The position numbers were made by a program, and so were the translations under genes. From Bugula neritina (taxonomy: Eukaryota > Animalia > Bryozoa), in assembly GCA_964035545.1 (NCBI GenBank), contig OZ037768.1, forward strand, positions 20,071,700 to 20,135,699: a stretch of DNA of 64,000 nucleotides, written 5' to 3'. Position 1 is the stretch's first letter. Each line of letters opens with the position of its first letter. Positions 29,001 to 42,400 of this stretch are shown here, in pieces. The notes under the pieces were generated by a model that saw only the letters and a program-made list of their open reading frames with translations, was not told where the DNA came from and searched no databases.

Positions 29001-29175
29001 GCATTATAACCACACGGACTCTGCAGTTTTCCATGCAGCAGAAAATCCAGACAAAAAGAGAGATTGGTTAAAGTTGAGCCCCGGTTCAATAATATTATTG
29101 GTGTAAGTTTATTATACGTAATTTACATTACCCTCAGTTATGGACAGCAGTATGATAGATGTAGTTTTAGACAGC

Positions 29176-29269
<94 letters not shown>

Positions 29270-29990
29270 TCTATTTAGAATATATATTCTATATATTCTA
29301 TACATGTTATATTGTCATATTGCATGCAATATGTAATTTTAGATCTGGATGCGCGTTTGTCAGCTATTTAATGCTAGGATTGGTCTACGGTGCTGGCAAG
29401 GGGGAGAAGGGGTTGAATCGGTTACCCAACTCCGACTTCTGGCTGGAACTTCCTCTTCTAGTGAAGGTTAGCACAGTTTGCCCAATAGTTTCTATACACA
29501 CTAAAGTACAAGTCTTCCCACTAACTCATAGTAAACAGACATCAAAAAGCATCTATACTATAATACTAGCTATATAAGTAGACAATGTTGATTATTTTAT
29601 CTACTGTCAAATTTGTGGCAATGCACTTTGCAGTAACATAATTTTAAAAGCAATATAATAAGTACCTATGCGTTTGCAATTCTTAAAAAATATTGTATAA
29701 ACTATTATATTACTATAATAATGTTTTTTCAATTATTATGATAATATTATTTTAATTGCAATGTCATACAAAGCACCTTGAATCTTTCATTAGAAACTGT
29801 AATTTGATATTAATTATTGTGTGCCCTACAAACGTTTGTGCCGCAAGTATTAGTGTGCATAGTCCTATTGCTTATTATGAATTTTATAACGCAGGATGGA
29901 GTAAAATTCACATTCAGTCCTTGCACAAGACCAGGTGGAGGATACATGCAGATCATTGAAGAGAAAGGCTCTCCTATTGCAGACGTATGA
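26077..29990 (+). CDS. Cation-dependent mannose-6-phosphate receptor / Atg27-like type I membrane protein, about 311 aa
   Basis: Exons 26077-26267, 27197-27320, 27849-27961, 28420-28528, 28924-29102, 29343-29466, 29895-29990. Signal peptide, Cys-patterned MRH-like lumenal domain, [27 protein letters not shown], family tail [28 protein letters not shown], YxxPhi motif YMQI. Confidence 0.8.
29177..29267. repeat. (GT)n(TA)n microsatellite
   Basis: Direct reading. Confidence 0.97.
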
Positions 29991-30149
29991 ATGTGAAGAA
30001 CATATTCTAGTCTCCAACTTTCAACCATTCCAATTAAATGTTTTTATTGTAAATATAAATATGTATCTTAATATATTTTAACATAAAAGATAACGTGTAA
30101 CATTTGTGAATTTTAAATTTCAAAGGTTCAAATATGCTCATTCTTATTA

Positions 30150-31466
30150 TAGGGGTAACGGGGGCACAACGGTCATAGGGGTACAAAAAGCCGGCCAAAT
30201 TGTGAGAGAACTTATTGACTTAAAGTTGTGATTTTTTTTTCATAAAAAGGTATTGACATAAATATTCAGCCTTTGTAGTTTCAACACTTGTGGAACATAC
30301 ATGTTGAAAAGGCGAGTGGAAAACTGTTTTTACCTACTTTTTGTAAAATTTTTAAGATGTCGTTAAAGCTTTATAACTTTTTACACTCAAAGGCAACAAG
30401 CCTAGATTTTACTGATATTGTTGCCATTGCTTGTCTCTACATTGCTTAACTAGTATAACAGCAAACTCTAAAAAAAATTTTCCTTGAGGCACATTTATGT
30501 TCAATTTGGCCATCCGGGGCACAATGGGCCACGCTGACCGGGGCACAATGGGCCACCTGATTATTGCACCCTGATCACTGTTATTAGTTTGTTTGCCCAA
30601 AAAGTTGGTTGAAATGTTACTAAAATCTATAGATATAGCCATTTCTGACCTTTTTGTAAAATATCAAAGACATCATGGTAAGACTACAAAACTACAAGGT
30701 GAAGCTCCCTTAATATATACATCTGGTGAGGTTAAAGTTATGCTATTTTATACATAATACAAAACACTCTGCTGTTGCTACTAGTAGATAGTCATGATGC
30801 TCATTATACATTATATCATTGAGGGAAGATACATGTATTTGACTAAAATAAATTGTGATTTGCTCATTCGCTCCCCCTCTCCTTTCCGCACTTCAGCCAC
30901 AAACCGAAGCCATGCACCTTAGCTACAGTTCATAGAAAAAAGTCCACTCAAAATTTTGTAGCACATGTTACTAAAGCTTTTTTTCTGATAAAAGTTTTTC
31001 TGAAGTGTAAATAAAAAACATTTTTAGTTCTAAACAGTAATGATAATGGCACAGTAGAACTGAGTGATGTGCGTTTGATTTTGCCTTCCTCTGCTATCCG
31101 TGGTGGCACAAACTGTACAGCTAAAACATGAATTTTGCTTTAGATCTGAAAGAATATGTTTATTTATTTGTAATATTAAATAAATAAAAATCAGATGCAA
31201 CAAAATCTGCAAAGTTTCAATATATTTGTTGTGTCCCACCCAGTGGCCCATTGTACCCCGGTACCGGGGCACAATGGGCCGATTTTTTCGTCATGAAAAT
31301 TTCATTATTCTGAAAGTTGTGAGAGAGATAGAAACAACAAACTGATACCTGTAATAGACAACAGATGCAGCATTAAGACTAGAGATTATTGAACTAGCAA
31401 CTTGAAAAACAGACGAATGAGAGCAAAAAATGCAAAATTCGGCCCGTTGTGCCCCCGTTACCCCTA
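30150..31466. mobile_element. Non-autonomous DNA transposon, about 1.3 kb, TA-flanked (Tc1/mariner-pogo-like)
   Basis: TIRs TAGGGGTAACGGGGGCACAACGG / CCGTTGTGCCCCCGTTACCCCTA with TA on both flanks. Internal repeats of CGGGGCACAATGGGCC at about 30515, 30539 and 31266, plus an inverted copy at about 31245-31260. No transposase ORF. Confidence 0.85.
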
Positions 31467-31501
31467 TATATTGAAATATATACAATTTCTCTTTGCATTA
31501 A

Positions 31502-31561
31502 ATAGTTATAGGTTATAGTTATAAGTTATAGTTATAGGTTATAGTTATAAGTTTAAAGTTA
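31502..31561. repeat. (GTTATA)n hexamer simple repeat
   Basis: Direct reading. Confidence 0.8.
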
Positions 31562-32934
31562 AATAGAGTTGCTAGAATATCATGGAGAGATGTGACCATC
31601 AATACAAAACAATGTTAATTAATTCTAAAATGTTTGATGTTTTATAAATTTAGGCATATAGACAGCTTTGATTCCAGCAGTTGTTACCCCATCAGTTATT
31701 TTTGTTTATAGTGCAATAAAGCTTAATTATAAACATATATACCAACACATTTGAGTGGTCACACATCTGGGTATAAATTACCCATCAAACATCAATCAAG
31801 CCAATAGTCAAAGTGTATCACACTTTTTTGTAAAAAAAAATTGGAAATTAGTTTAAACTTTTAGTCATTGTATTAAAAAATTGGGTTCAAGTTGCTTGGA
31901 CACAATTAGTGATACGATAGCATTCAGTGTGTGTACTTAAGTTTACAGTAGCAATAGTTTTGGAAAATGTGATACACAAATAGATGTGAGGTGATGTTCT
32001 TTGATTTTTATTTTACAATAATTGAGGCATGTGTTCACTGCTGTAAGCAGCTGCCAACACTGCAACAAATTAACTTGTCTTCAATTTTTGCTTATTATAA
32101 ATACAATTATAAATTTACTAGTCATAATATTTCAGTTAATTTGTAAATTCGGACCTACCAGAAAGATTTCATTGCCTGCATTGAATGCACACTAACTGGC
32201 TGTCAGCTTTTTTAAGGTTACCGATTCTACCATTTAATGTCCATGTGCTAATTTACCCATTTACTTTCATCTGAACAGCCAGCCCACCACACTTGCATTA
32301 GCAGATGTAAGTTTCGTAGAAACTCTAGAGTCTGGAGCTAAAAATTTCTTTGAAGGTATTGCTACAATGTAGTAAAAACAATAAGTTATGTGGTTGAATT
32401 GAAATTTTGAGAAGCAATCTAATAGTCATGTTGACTATACTAAAGGCAACTGTGGTACAGGTGCTACCAACTGTAGAATGCCTTTTTATTTTACAGTTTC
32501 ACATACTAATAACTAATGTATCCGGAGAGATGGGCGTAGTCAATGTGTGTTATTATCTGAACTTTAATCCTTTGGGCGTGGTTTAAATACTAAAACGTAT
32601 GTAAACTACCTTGACCTTAGATACATTATATTCTATATATGTAAGTAGTTCTAAGGCACTTTGTACAATGTGAATATCGCTAGATGCATCACTGGTTTGA
32701 GAGTGATTAAGTACAGCATTTTTATACAAATCCCAACTTCAAACCCCAACTCTAAACAAGTGACCCCGAACTCATGCACTCAATGACCACTCACTCGGTG
32801 CTGCTTCATCTCATCCAATTTTCGTGTATGTAGTAAAATTCTGCAACGAGGTTGCACTTGGTTACTCAGTTACTGTGACCGGTGGTACCAATATTAATTA
32901 TTATTAGAAAGTCAGTCAAGTTATAAAAACAAAT

Positions 32935-35505
32935 ATGAGCTTTCAATGGACAGTGGTTGCTAGTGTTTTATACACCGAAATTGCAATAATTGTACTTCTA
33001 CTTTTACCTATGATTTCGGCGAAAAGGTAACAGTAACACTGAAACTTACTTAAACTTAAAGTTAATCTTAATTAATGTTATACTTTATTACTTGACGTTG
33101 ATCTTGTACTTGTAATTATTCAATTAATGACAATGGCAATGACTCGAGTTTAAAGCTAAAGTCAAGTTAAAGTTGAGAGTCAAAGTCAAATCAACATTCC
33201 ACAAATAAATATAATATTAAATTTAATCATAATGATAATGTAAATGATATTTATATTAAATTAATATTATAATTATCATTATGATTATCATTTTTGCAAC
33301 ATTTTTATTTCATTTTGATTGTTATTGTGGCACTGAGTCACTTTCAGTAGCTGCTACTAGATTTAATATTATGATTGTCATGATCATGACATATTTATAA
33401 TTGATGTGATTAACTTTCACTTATAGTTTTTGTAGTACCGGTACTAGTAGTATTGCCTATTTACTCATTCTGTTTTTATTCAGTATTCTGCTTCTAACAT
33501 TTTGACTTACTAACAATCTCTAAGTGACTTACTCTTAGAATTAGAGTTGGCGACTCAATGCTAACTGTCCAAGTAAGCAATTTATCTCACCTTCAGGCTT
33601 CACCTAATAGTTTCCTATTCACATTGAGGCTGCCTACTGCTGATGTCATCCTCAATCTATACCTTCTCTTGTCATATTCTGGTCATTTCCTCTCTTTGAA
33701 TGTCTCTTACATGCACACATAGTCTGTATAACAAGGGGATTACTATTATTGATAAATTTCAAGTGGTGATATCAAATAATTATAGTAAATGCTTGTTGCA
33801 ATAAAATATAAAGCAACTGAATTTTGAATATCATTTAGATAAATTTCACAAATGAATATTAACCAGACTGTGTCAATATTACCATGATTATAATGGTTTA
33901 AAATCTTTAGTTATTCTATTTATTATTGTGACTATATTTCTGATTTAAGACCATTGCGCAAGTGATTATATTGTTATTCATGATAATGTAGAAGTACTGT
34001 AAGGGTGCAAACCCTTATTGCGACTCAAGCTTCATAGCTTGTCGTAAGAATTGACTTATTGCAACTTCAATAGTTTCATCACTTTGTTTTTTACATTGTA
34101 AAACACTAATGTTGAATGTAGGAAGTTTTATATGAGGCTAATGACAAAAACTGTTTGTAGATGGAAAATGGTGCTGCAATGCAACTGGTTCCAGTCCACA
34201 AGTGCCTATGTAAAGTCTGGTTATAATATTTTGGTGCTGTTGCTACTAATTTGTCTTTTTGGTAAGTCTGAGATTGGATGCTATTATTCAAGTATGTATC
34301 TGAACTTTTTTTAGAAAAATATTTATGCAATTCATGATCTGCAACAATATTTTATGACGGCAGGTAAATTAATAATGGATGTTAAATATTTAGAAAGACA
34401 CCAGCATTATTAGTTTTTATAGTTGAAATCGCCTTATTTGTAGTGTTTTTGTGCATTAGACTCAGTGAGAGAAATGAACAAATATAGTTCCTCAACCAAA
34501 GCTGATAGCTCTATGAGTAACCCTGTGTCGGCATTGGAACATATCTACATGAAATTATTCCGGGCTCAAAGGAACTTCTACATTGCAAGTTTTACTCTCC
34601 TTCTGTGGTTGTATGTTCTATCTCGTATATTCTCTATAACTATCACATTTAGTAAATAATTTTGCACAGAAATTCCATCTGACTCTGTTTGATTGTGATG
34701 TCTAGGAGTATGTTCCTTATATTTCATTATTAGTGTTTGAAAGTTATATAATTGTAATTTGAAAACTCAAATTCTTATGACTAGGTTGCATTAGGTTTTT
34801 AAAATATATAAAATCTGTGGTTGAGAAATAAACATATAATTTGTACAATGACCATTTTAGCCATGTAAAGTATATTTTGGATGCTTACAGTACTGATATT
34901 TTGTTTTAGCGTAATTCGTCGATTAGTAACTCTAATAGTTGCTCAGGCTTCAAGTACAGAGGAATTGGAAAGTTTAGATAATGTCAACTCTGAGCTGAAA
35001 AAGGTACTACTATAATCCTATCAATAAAATGATTAGTCAACGTGATAACTGTAAAATAGTGCATAATTTAGATGCATTCTAGGCGAAACAAGTTAGCTGT
35101 ACGATGCAGTGACCATGCAGAAATATCTGCTAATAGAAATAGTTGTCTTGTTGATTTGCTGAAGTGTGTTGGAGTTGAGATGCTAAGAGGAATTTCGCAA
35201 GGGCTAGGGGAAGCCATCATTGTAGAACTTGAAGCTTAATTTGCATAATAAATTTGCTTTTGATGGCATACCTAAGCAATATAAATTGATCAACCAGTTT
35301 GCTACAACCCTGGTCTTACGTAGATCATTCATGTCTTTAGAAAAATGAGAATCTTACCGAGTCTGTTACCAAGCTTAACCAACGATTAATAGACTTCAAT
35401 GAGCATAGCATGACAGGAGAGCAAGAAAGCAGACTGCTGGAACTACAGACAGCATATAATGATTTGAAGACGCAGTTAGAGCAGACCCAACAGGCAAGGC
35501 TGTGA
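32935..35505 (+). CDS. BCAP31: B-cell receptor-associated protein 29/31-like ER membrane protein, about 200 aa
   Basis: Exons 32935-33026 (MSFQWTVVASVLYTEIAIIVLLLLPMISAKR), 34161-34261, 34460-34610 (DSVREMNKY...MKLFRAQRNFYIASFTLLLW), 34910-35003 (VIRRLVTLI), 35341-35505. An alternative last exon 35620-35652 is possible via a GC donor. BAP29 versus BAP31 cannot be resolved. Confidence 0.87.
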
Positions 35506-35980
35506 TAACAATTGTCTTGAAAGCTCTCATCACAATAATGCTCTGAATTTTCCGTTAGACACATTGCCTTGTAAAGTCCTAATGTCCATGCTTCATAACT
35601 GTATATATTAATATTGCAGGCTTCACCAGGGAATGGAGAAGTAGAATTATAAAAGAACAAAGCAAAGTCAGCATGTACTTTATATTACTGTTAATTTGGT
35701 TGGCTCAGCTAGTCTGTATTACATGACAAAAATATCTATCCCTTTCTCTATTTTCAAACTTTGCTTTCTTTCATTTTTGTTGGGAAATTTTTTTAATACT
35801 CAGCATAAAGCATTTATTATTAATTTATTATATCATCAACTCACATCTACATAATATATATTCTGTACATTATCAAATCAACTCTATAAATTAGAGTCTA
35901 TTTTGATGAGCATTGTTTTGTATGTAAAACTCATAATTCTAACCAATATTTTTTTCGAATTTAGTTGTCATTTTCTTTCA

Positions 35981-36885
35981 TCAACCCATGCTTGAGGCTT
36001 TCTGTTGCAGTCTATTTAGAAAAAACTTCTGTGCATCTATGAATCTAAAAATATAGAAATAGTAGTAAGACACCTGACCTAGAGGTTAATGTATAAATGT
36101 TTATGCTGTTCATAAATATGCAGCACTCAGAACCTTAATTTTTACAAAACCTAAGGCTTGCATGCTCGTAATGATATATGAAAAACTTTCATTAGGAAAG
36201 AGGGGAACCTACTAGATTTATTTAACATTTATCATCAATGTCTAATTATCAAATGCGCTGAAATCAAGAGAGAACTTAGCTATCCATCAGAATGTTACAC
36301 TTTTTATTAAACAAATGGATTGCATACTTTTTAAATATTTAATTACGCTGCCACATGTATGTTACTTGGAAAAGTTTTTGCAGCCTTCGACAATAGAGTT
36401 GGGAATACTCTTGACTCAGAGTTTTGATATAATTTAATAATGTCACTATAATTATACAAATATTCCAATGGAAATACCTGCCAACGCAGTTGGTCATACA
36501 ACTTTCAGTCCAACTGTCCATTGATGAGCCAGGTTTACTAACACACTTATCAAAACAGACATTACTGATTTTCAGAATTCCTTCTTGTAACATCACCTGG
36601 AAAAATCAATTCATCTTAGTAACAGATACACATATTGTGAAATCGTAATATTCACCTCCATTCTGAAGTACATATGGAAAAAAATACTTGAACAACGAAG
36701 TTTAATTTATTTTGCTATCTTTCTAATGAGATATACTTTAAACTTCACTTATATCTAACAACATTGTTCTGAAAAGCTTGAATTAGTAGGTTACCAGTAC
36801 CCCATTAATTTTAGTAACCTACCTTTTGTTGCTGTACTTGAGCAAACTTAGTCATCTCACTGTCCAAACCAAGCTCATCCGCCAT
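35981..36885 (-). CDS. TIMM8: Small Tim chaperone Tim8 (twin CX3C), 81 aa
   Basis: Exons 36885-36823, 36596-36478, 36044-35981: MADELGLDSEMTKFAQVQQQKVMLQEGILKISNVCFDKCVSKPGSSMDSWTESCMTNCVGRFIDAQKFFLNRLQQKASSMG. Confidence 0.85.
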
Positions 36886-37638
36886 ATCGAGTTTCAATAT
36901 AGGTAATCCTGCAATAAAGGTAATCCTACCACAATAAACTACATATTTAAAAGCTTGTAACTCATTAATAAGATGGCTATATAATTTTATTATCAACTGA
37001 TTTAATTTTAAATAATACTGAAAATTTAGTAATGAAACAGAAAAAGCGGATAAGAATTAGGATTGTTAAAAAGATAATAAGTAGTCCAGGCTTTTATTTT
37101 TTATATAATTATATATTGATATTCAGCCTAAGAGCAAGAGTAAGTATTAAGTATCAACCTCAAGTAAGTGTCTGAACATTCTGCATGTAGCAAAAGCCAT
37201 ATTTATATTAATTATTACAATAAATAGATAAGCTTATGGAAGTGCATTTGGCAAGAAGATGATATAGCACCTGAGCTTCATGTACATTCATATGCTAAGG
37301 TTGGCTTAAAATAACACTAACACCAACAGCTTAAGTCTTAAAGTTAAAATAAACAACTTCAAAATCAATTTATTCAAAAATTGACATGTTAGTTGTTACT
37401 ACGATAATTAATATACTCGTAGTCATACGCATGAAAACACAGCAACATAACATCAACGTTAATCATGCTTTTTATTTTACTAAGAAAAGAAGAGTTAATA
37501 AACAGAGTTATCATAAATAATTATTATCATTATGAATCTAATTTTCATTTTGATTTTACTTTCTAGGCAACCTTGCCTGCAACAACCTTGACATAAAGTA
37601 GCTCTATTGAGCGTGGACCACTGAGCTGGAAAAGATAA

Positions 37639-38785
37639 TAGCTTATTCACACGATCAACGAATTGGACGAATAGCGGACCAAAATGGCACAACGAATACA
37701 AATTTTGTTAGTTTTGGATCACGTGATCGAGCAATTGCGTCAATTGCGCCAAACTAGCGTTCTTTGATTGGTCTGACAGCAGAAAAGTTTGTTCGTTTTG
37801 GATCACGTGATCGACTTTTCACAGTTTCGTCGGAACCTGACCCAGCTAGGTTTCAGCTGACGAATTTTATCTGATCGCACATCATTGGCTTATTTCAAAA
37901 AGCAAAAAGCGCGGGCATAATTCACATGGCAAACATTGCGGCATTGTAACTAAACTAAATAATTAATATTTTAGTAATATTAATAATAATAATTGCTAAT
38001 TAATTAAAACGAGCAAATTTGTAAGAAGCATATTATTTTGCTAGTCAGCAGCATTTTAAAATTATTTCAAGCAGTTTTTATGACGGAAGTACGTTTTTTT
38101 TATAGAAATCATCATAGCTTGACCACCTGCACTGTATCAGTATGATCCTTGTGATCCTGAATACAAAGATGCACGTAAATAACTGAGTTGATGTGCACAA
38201 TGAGTAGCAGTGACTTGAAAAAAAGTTAAAATGTAGTTAAATTGAAACTGATGCAACTGAATCATTTCACCTATAGTAGACACTACCAACTTCTATTTTA
38301 TTTTATAATTGTTCCAGCTGAAACATATTAGCTATAGTTCTTTCATAGAAAAACTACTATAAAACAGGTCATTTAATTTTTTATTTAGCAACAATAAAAA
38401 ATATAAGTAGAATAAGTCATGAAGGGCTACGAAAAAATAAATAATCAGTTTGAGTTTGATATAAAAGCACGACTACGGCATTGCAGTTTTACGTGTCATT
38501 TTCATTTCCTTTTCACAGTCCAACTGTTGTTAAACATAAATCTACTATATCCTTAGGTTTTGTTTAGCTAATAAATTTGTCATGATTTAAATGTTTCATA
38601 TTTAATTATAATTATTTTTACTTAGTTATCGCTAAATTTAACTAGTCACAACTTTGCTAGTAAAAGCACTGTTGCTAAGCAACTATACACCGCTACTGCA
38701 GTTAGCGCGACAAAGAGGTGCGATGTTTGTTAGTTGGGCATTCGTCGGACTCAACGAACAAAAAACGTCGTGTGTGAATAAGCTA
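37639..38785. mobile_element. MITE, PIF/Harbinger-like, about 1.15 kb
   Basis: TIRs TAGCTTATTCACAC / GTGTGAATAAGCTA with TAA duplication (37636-37638, 38786-38788). Internal direct repeat TTTTGGATCACGTGATCGA (about 37712 and 37796). Confidence 0.72.
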
Positions 38786-39477
38786 TAATATTATTATTGA
38801 GTTCGATGGCGTGGACCTTCAACTTTTTTGGTTGTTGCGCTATACACAGCGATCGTGCCAACTTTTCTTTGCTTGAAAGTTCTTGAAATATTTTGTCCAA
38901 TAGCAGAGTGATTTATTAATCCTTTGTCCAATAGGAACATCTACTGTCAAACCTACAAAAACTTACTGTATGGTTCTATAAGCAGCTCGCAGTTGGTGGT
39001 GAATGAGTGCATTAGTTTAGAGTTAGGGACATAACTCCAAACGTCAGACCCCCCCCAACACAAGCAGTGAAATCTGTGAACCATTATAAATTTTTTAAAA
39101 CATTTATAATATTTTATTAGCATTACAAAATATAAATTGTTAAATTAGGTGCTTCTAAAAACAGTTTTTCATGCAACATAGGTATTAAGTGCAGGGTAAG
39201 AATAATATGTATAAAATTATAAATGTACTTTCTAAGCAATAAAAATTTGCACATTAAGTGACTTTATAAAATGGGCTACAACAAGTTTGCACATGTTAAT
39301 AAATATTAAACCAAATTTGTAGCAACAATATTAATATAATATGCAAAAATGAGTATGTGAAAAATGCAGAATATTTGTATAGGCAGATTTTACCATCTGC
39401 TTTCTACATGCAAACTACTAGACTTCGACAGATTTAAGCACAAAAAATAATAGAAATAGATACATATACTATTTTCT

Positions 39478-42400
39478 TTAGATTTGACAAATTCTTTTCT
39501 TTCTCTTTTCATATAAATCTGCACTCTTTTTCACTTCTAAAGTAAACAAGATTACAAAGTTTAAACAAAAACTCTTGTTAGCTGCTTCTGTCAGTGTGTG
39601 TATTAGTACTAACACGTTCATACCATTAAGCATAAGTTGGAACAACTAGTAGAAGAAAATTCAATTCATCTTTAGAGTTATCTGCTCTCCATATCATCAT
39701 TGCATGTACAGTACACAAACATTTAAATATAAGCAGAGAATCACTTTGGAGCCGAAACCTAGCCTGAAATCTAGTTTAATAATCAAACAAGGGAGATTAT
39801 TTCTACAAGACAGTTCCATTTGCAAAAGGTTAAACTTTTATAATACAAATTAGTATAGAAAAAGTAATGTCGCCTTTTAAATAAGCTTAAAAACTTTACA
39901 AACCTTGAAAGGGCAAAAATTAATATTTTTATTATAAGTTATAGCAGTAGTTGACAAGGTTTTATATTGACAGTAGAAACAACTTTTGGCATTTAATAAA
40001 CGTACTTAGATTGTTTCCGATCGATTTAGCAGCCAAGTTTCCTCTCTCTTCCATCTCTTGCTTCACCATTTGATTGAAAGTCAATGCAACCACCCTGAAC
40101 ACAATCTCTCTGATATTCTCCCCTAGAACAGATTTGAAAGCAATCACAACTATAGATCATAAAATAACCATCTTACTGAACATTAGTAACTAGAAATTGG
40201 TCAATTAAGTTTCAATCTGCTTTGATAAAAAGATGGTATAATGCATGTGTATTTTGTCAACCAATGAACTTCATTTTGATGATTCACACCAATTCAAATG
40301 GAAAGGCGGAAGGGGGTCTGCTGATCACCCCAACAATTTACTCAAAAATAACTGAAAAACTCGAGCTTTATAATTCCTGCATGTAATAATAATACAATAT
40401 GGTTGAAAGATCCACTATCCCTAATCAACTCAGACACCACATTGAATCTATTTTCTCAATCTTGATTTTTCCCTTCTTTTGTGATATGCTACATGTATCC
40501 CATTTTGATAGAAATAGTGTTAGCTTGATTTAATGATATAGAAACCAGTCTATGCTGAGAATTGCACATAGGTCTACATAAATAACAGTTATTTGGAGTA
40601 ATTAGAAACAGTTATTCTTACAAAGACAGACCTTATTTCTACTATATAACAGACACAGTTAACTGTTTCTTACCTGTTTTAGATGAGGTTGGCCAATACT
40701 CAGCTCCGATCTCTTCGGCTAATCTCCTGGCATCAGTCTCCGTACTCTCATATGCTGCCGGTGACTGCAAATTGTGACAGCATGTCATGAACTTCTATCA
40801 TTGCATTGCTTATACTGTGTTTATATGCAATATATTATAGCAAAATTTGCACATAAAATCATTATATATATTTGTTTGTAGTTAAGTAAGAAACTCACAG
40901 TAAAAAACATATTTTCAGTAATTACAACAAACTAATATTATTATAAAAGGCAAGTCAGCAAATAAAACTGCTTGAACTTTACACTCAGCAATACGATGTT
41001 TTGAGCTGTTGATCATCCAAAGTCTGACTGACCTAATAAACAGTATATAATTGATAATTCTCACCAGCATATCTTTTTTCATTCCGACTAGGATGACTAC
41101 GGGATTTTCTGCGGCACTGAATGCTTCTTTATACCAGTTCCGGGCAGACACTAGTGTGTTGATATCCGACAAGTCAAATGCCACGATCACCGCTGACAAA
41201 CAAATTGTACCATTATAACACTTGACAGCTAAGAGATTCGACAATGTTTTAATAACTTTTTACAGCTAAAGTGTAGGTTATAAATAAACTGAGAGTTATA
41301 ATAACTACATGATCATGCTAAAAATAATCTGTATTATAACTTTTTTCCTTCTCTAGCAGTGATGACAGGCAGCCACAAGCACAGCCCAATGTACCTAAAA
41401 TTCCATCTAATGAGGTAGGGGCATACTACTCAGCCTCCCATCTTTACAGAAACATATAACTTTGGTGCCATATGGCTACAGCTTTACTACAGAGAAAGCT
41501 CATTTCAAATAGCTATAAATTAATACATTATACAACTGTAATCAAATGACTTCGCTTGATCAACTTTAATTACTCATTCGAAAAGATGAATTACCATTAG
41601 CTCCTCTGTAGTAAGATGCTGCAATGCATTTGAACCTCTCTTGTCCGGCAGTGTCCCACCTGTATGAATAAAGATTTAGTGTGAGCTGCTAAAGTAGAAA
41701 CATTAAAATATGTGTCAAAATCCAGTCTGTATAAGGAACATAAAGCTTAGCTAATAATCACGCAATCATGTATAACTTATGTTTGCAAAACAATTTTAGG
41801 CAGTTTTTCCAAGTTCATACAAATACTTGGTGAGAAATTTGGCAGAAAGCCTCTTAGCATTATTATTGTATGCACATACTTTCTTAACATTACAACCCAA
41901 GAATCTCTACATTTACATCAGTACAAGTAAATAAATTATTCCACTTACAACTGCAAGGTAAAAGGCATAGAGAGAATACTGAACTTCTCAACTTCAAAAT
42001 CTACACCAATAGTTGCTTTGTATTCTCTGTCAAACACATTGTGACAAAATCTAAAAGAGAATTTACAATAATTTGAGCATAATATATCAAACATAATCAC
42101 ATATATTATTCCTTACAACAAATATCAAATATGCAGACTATTGCTTTATTCTGTTTACATTAATTTAATGTAAAAAGTAGAAGTGAAAATACCTGTTGAC
42201 TAGTGATGTTTTTCCAACGGCTACATCTCCAACTACTACAGCTTTGCATAGCTTCACACTAAAATGTTAGACATGTACGCATATATGTATTACTACACAA
42301 TGTTGTCTAAATCAACTTCCGGCTCATGTGACAGATCAAAGTTTTTATGAGTCTTGGATTTATATGATGATCTTGTTGTTTTAATGCTTTTAAAACCAAT

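Noticed and set aside
29064-29577. YIYIYI ORFs (also 49303-49530 and 53403-53717)
   Set aside because: Translations of (TA)n microsatellites. Only 29343-29466 and the end of the preceding exon are real coding sequence.
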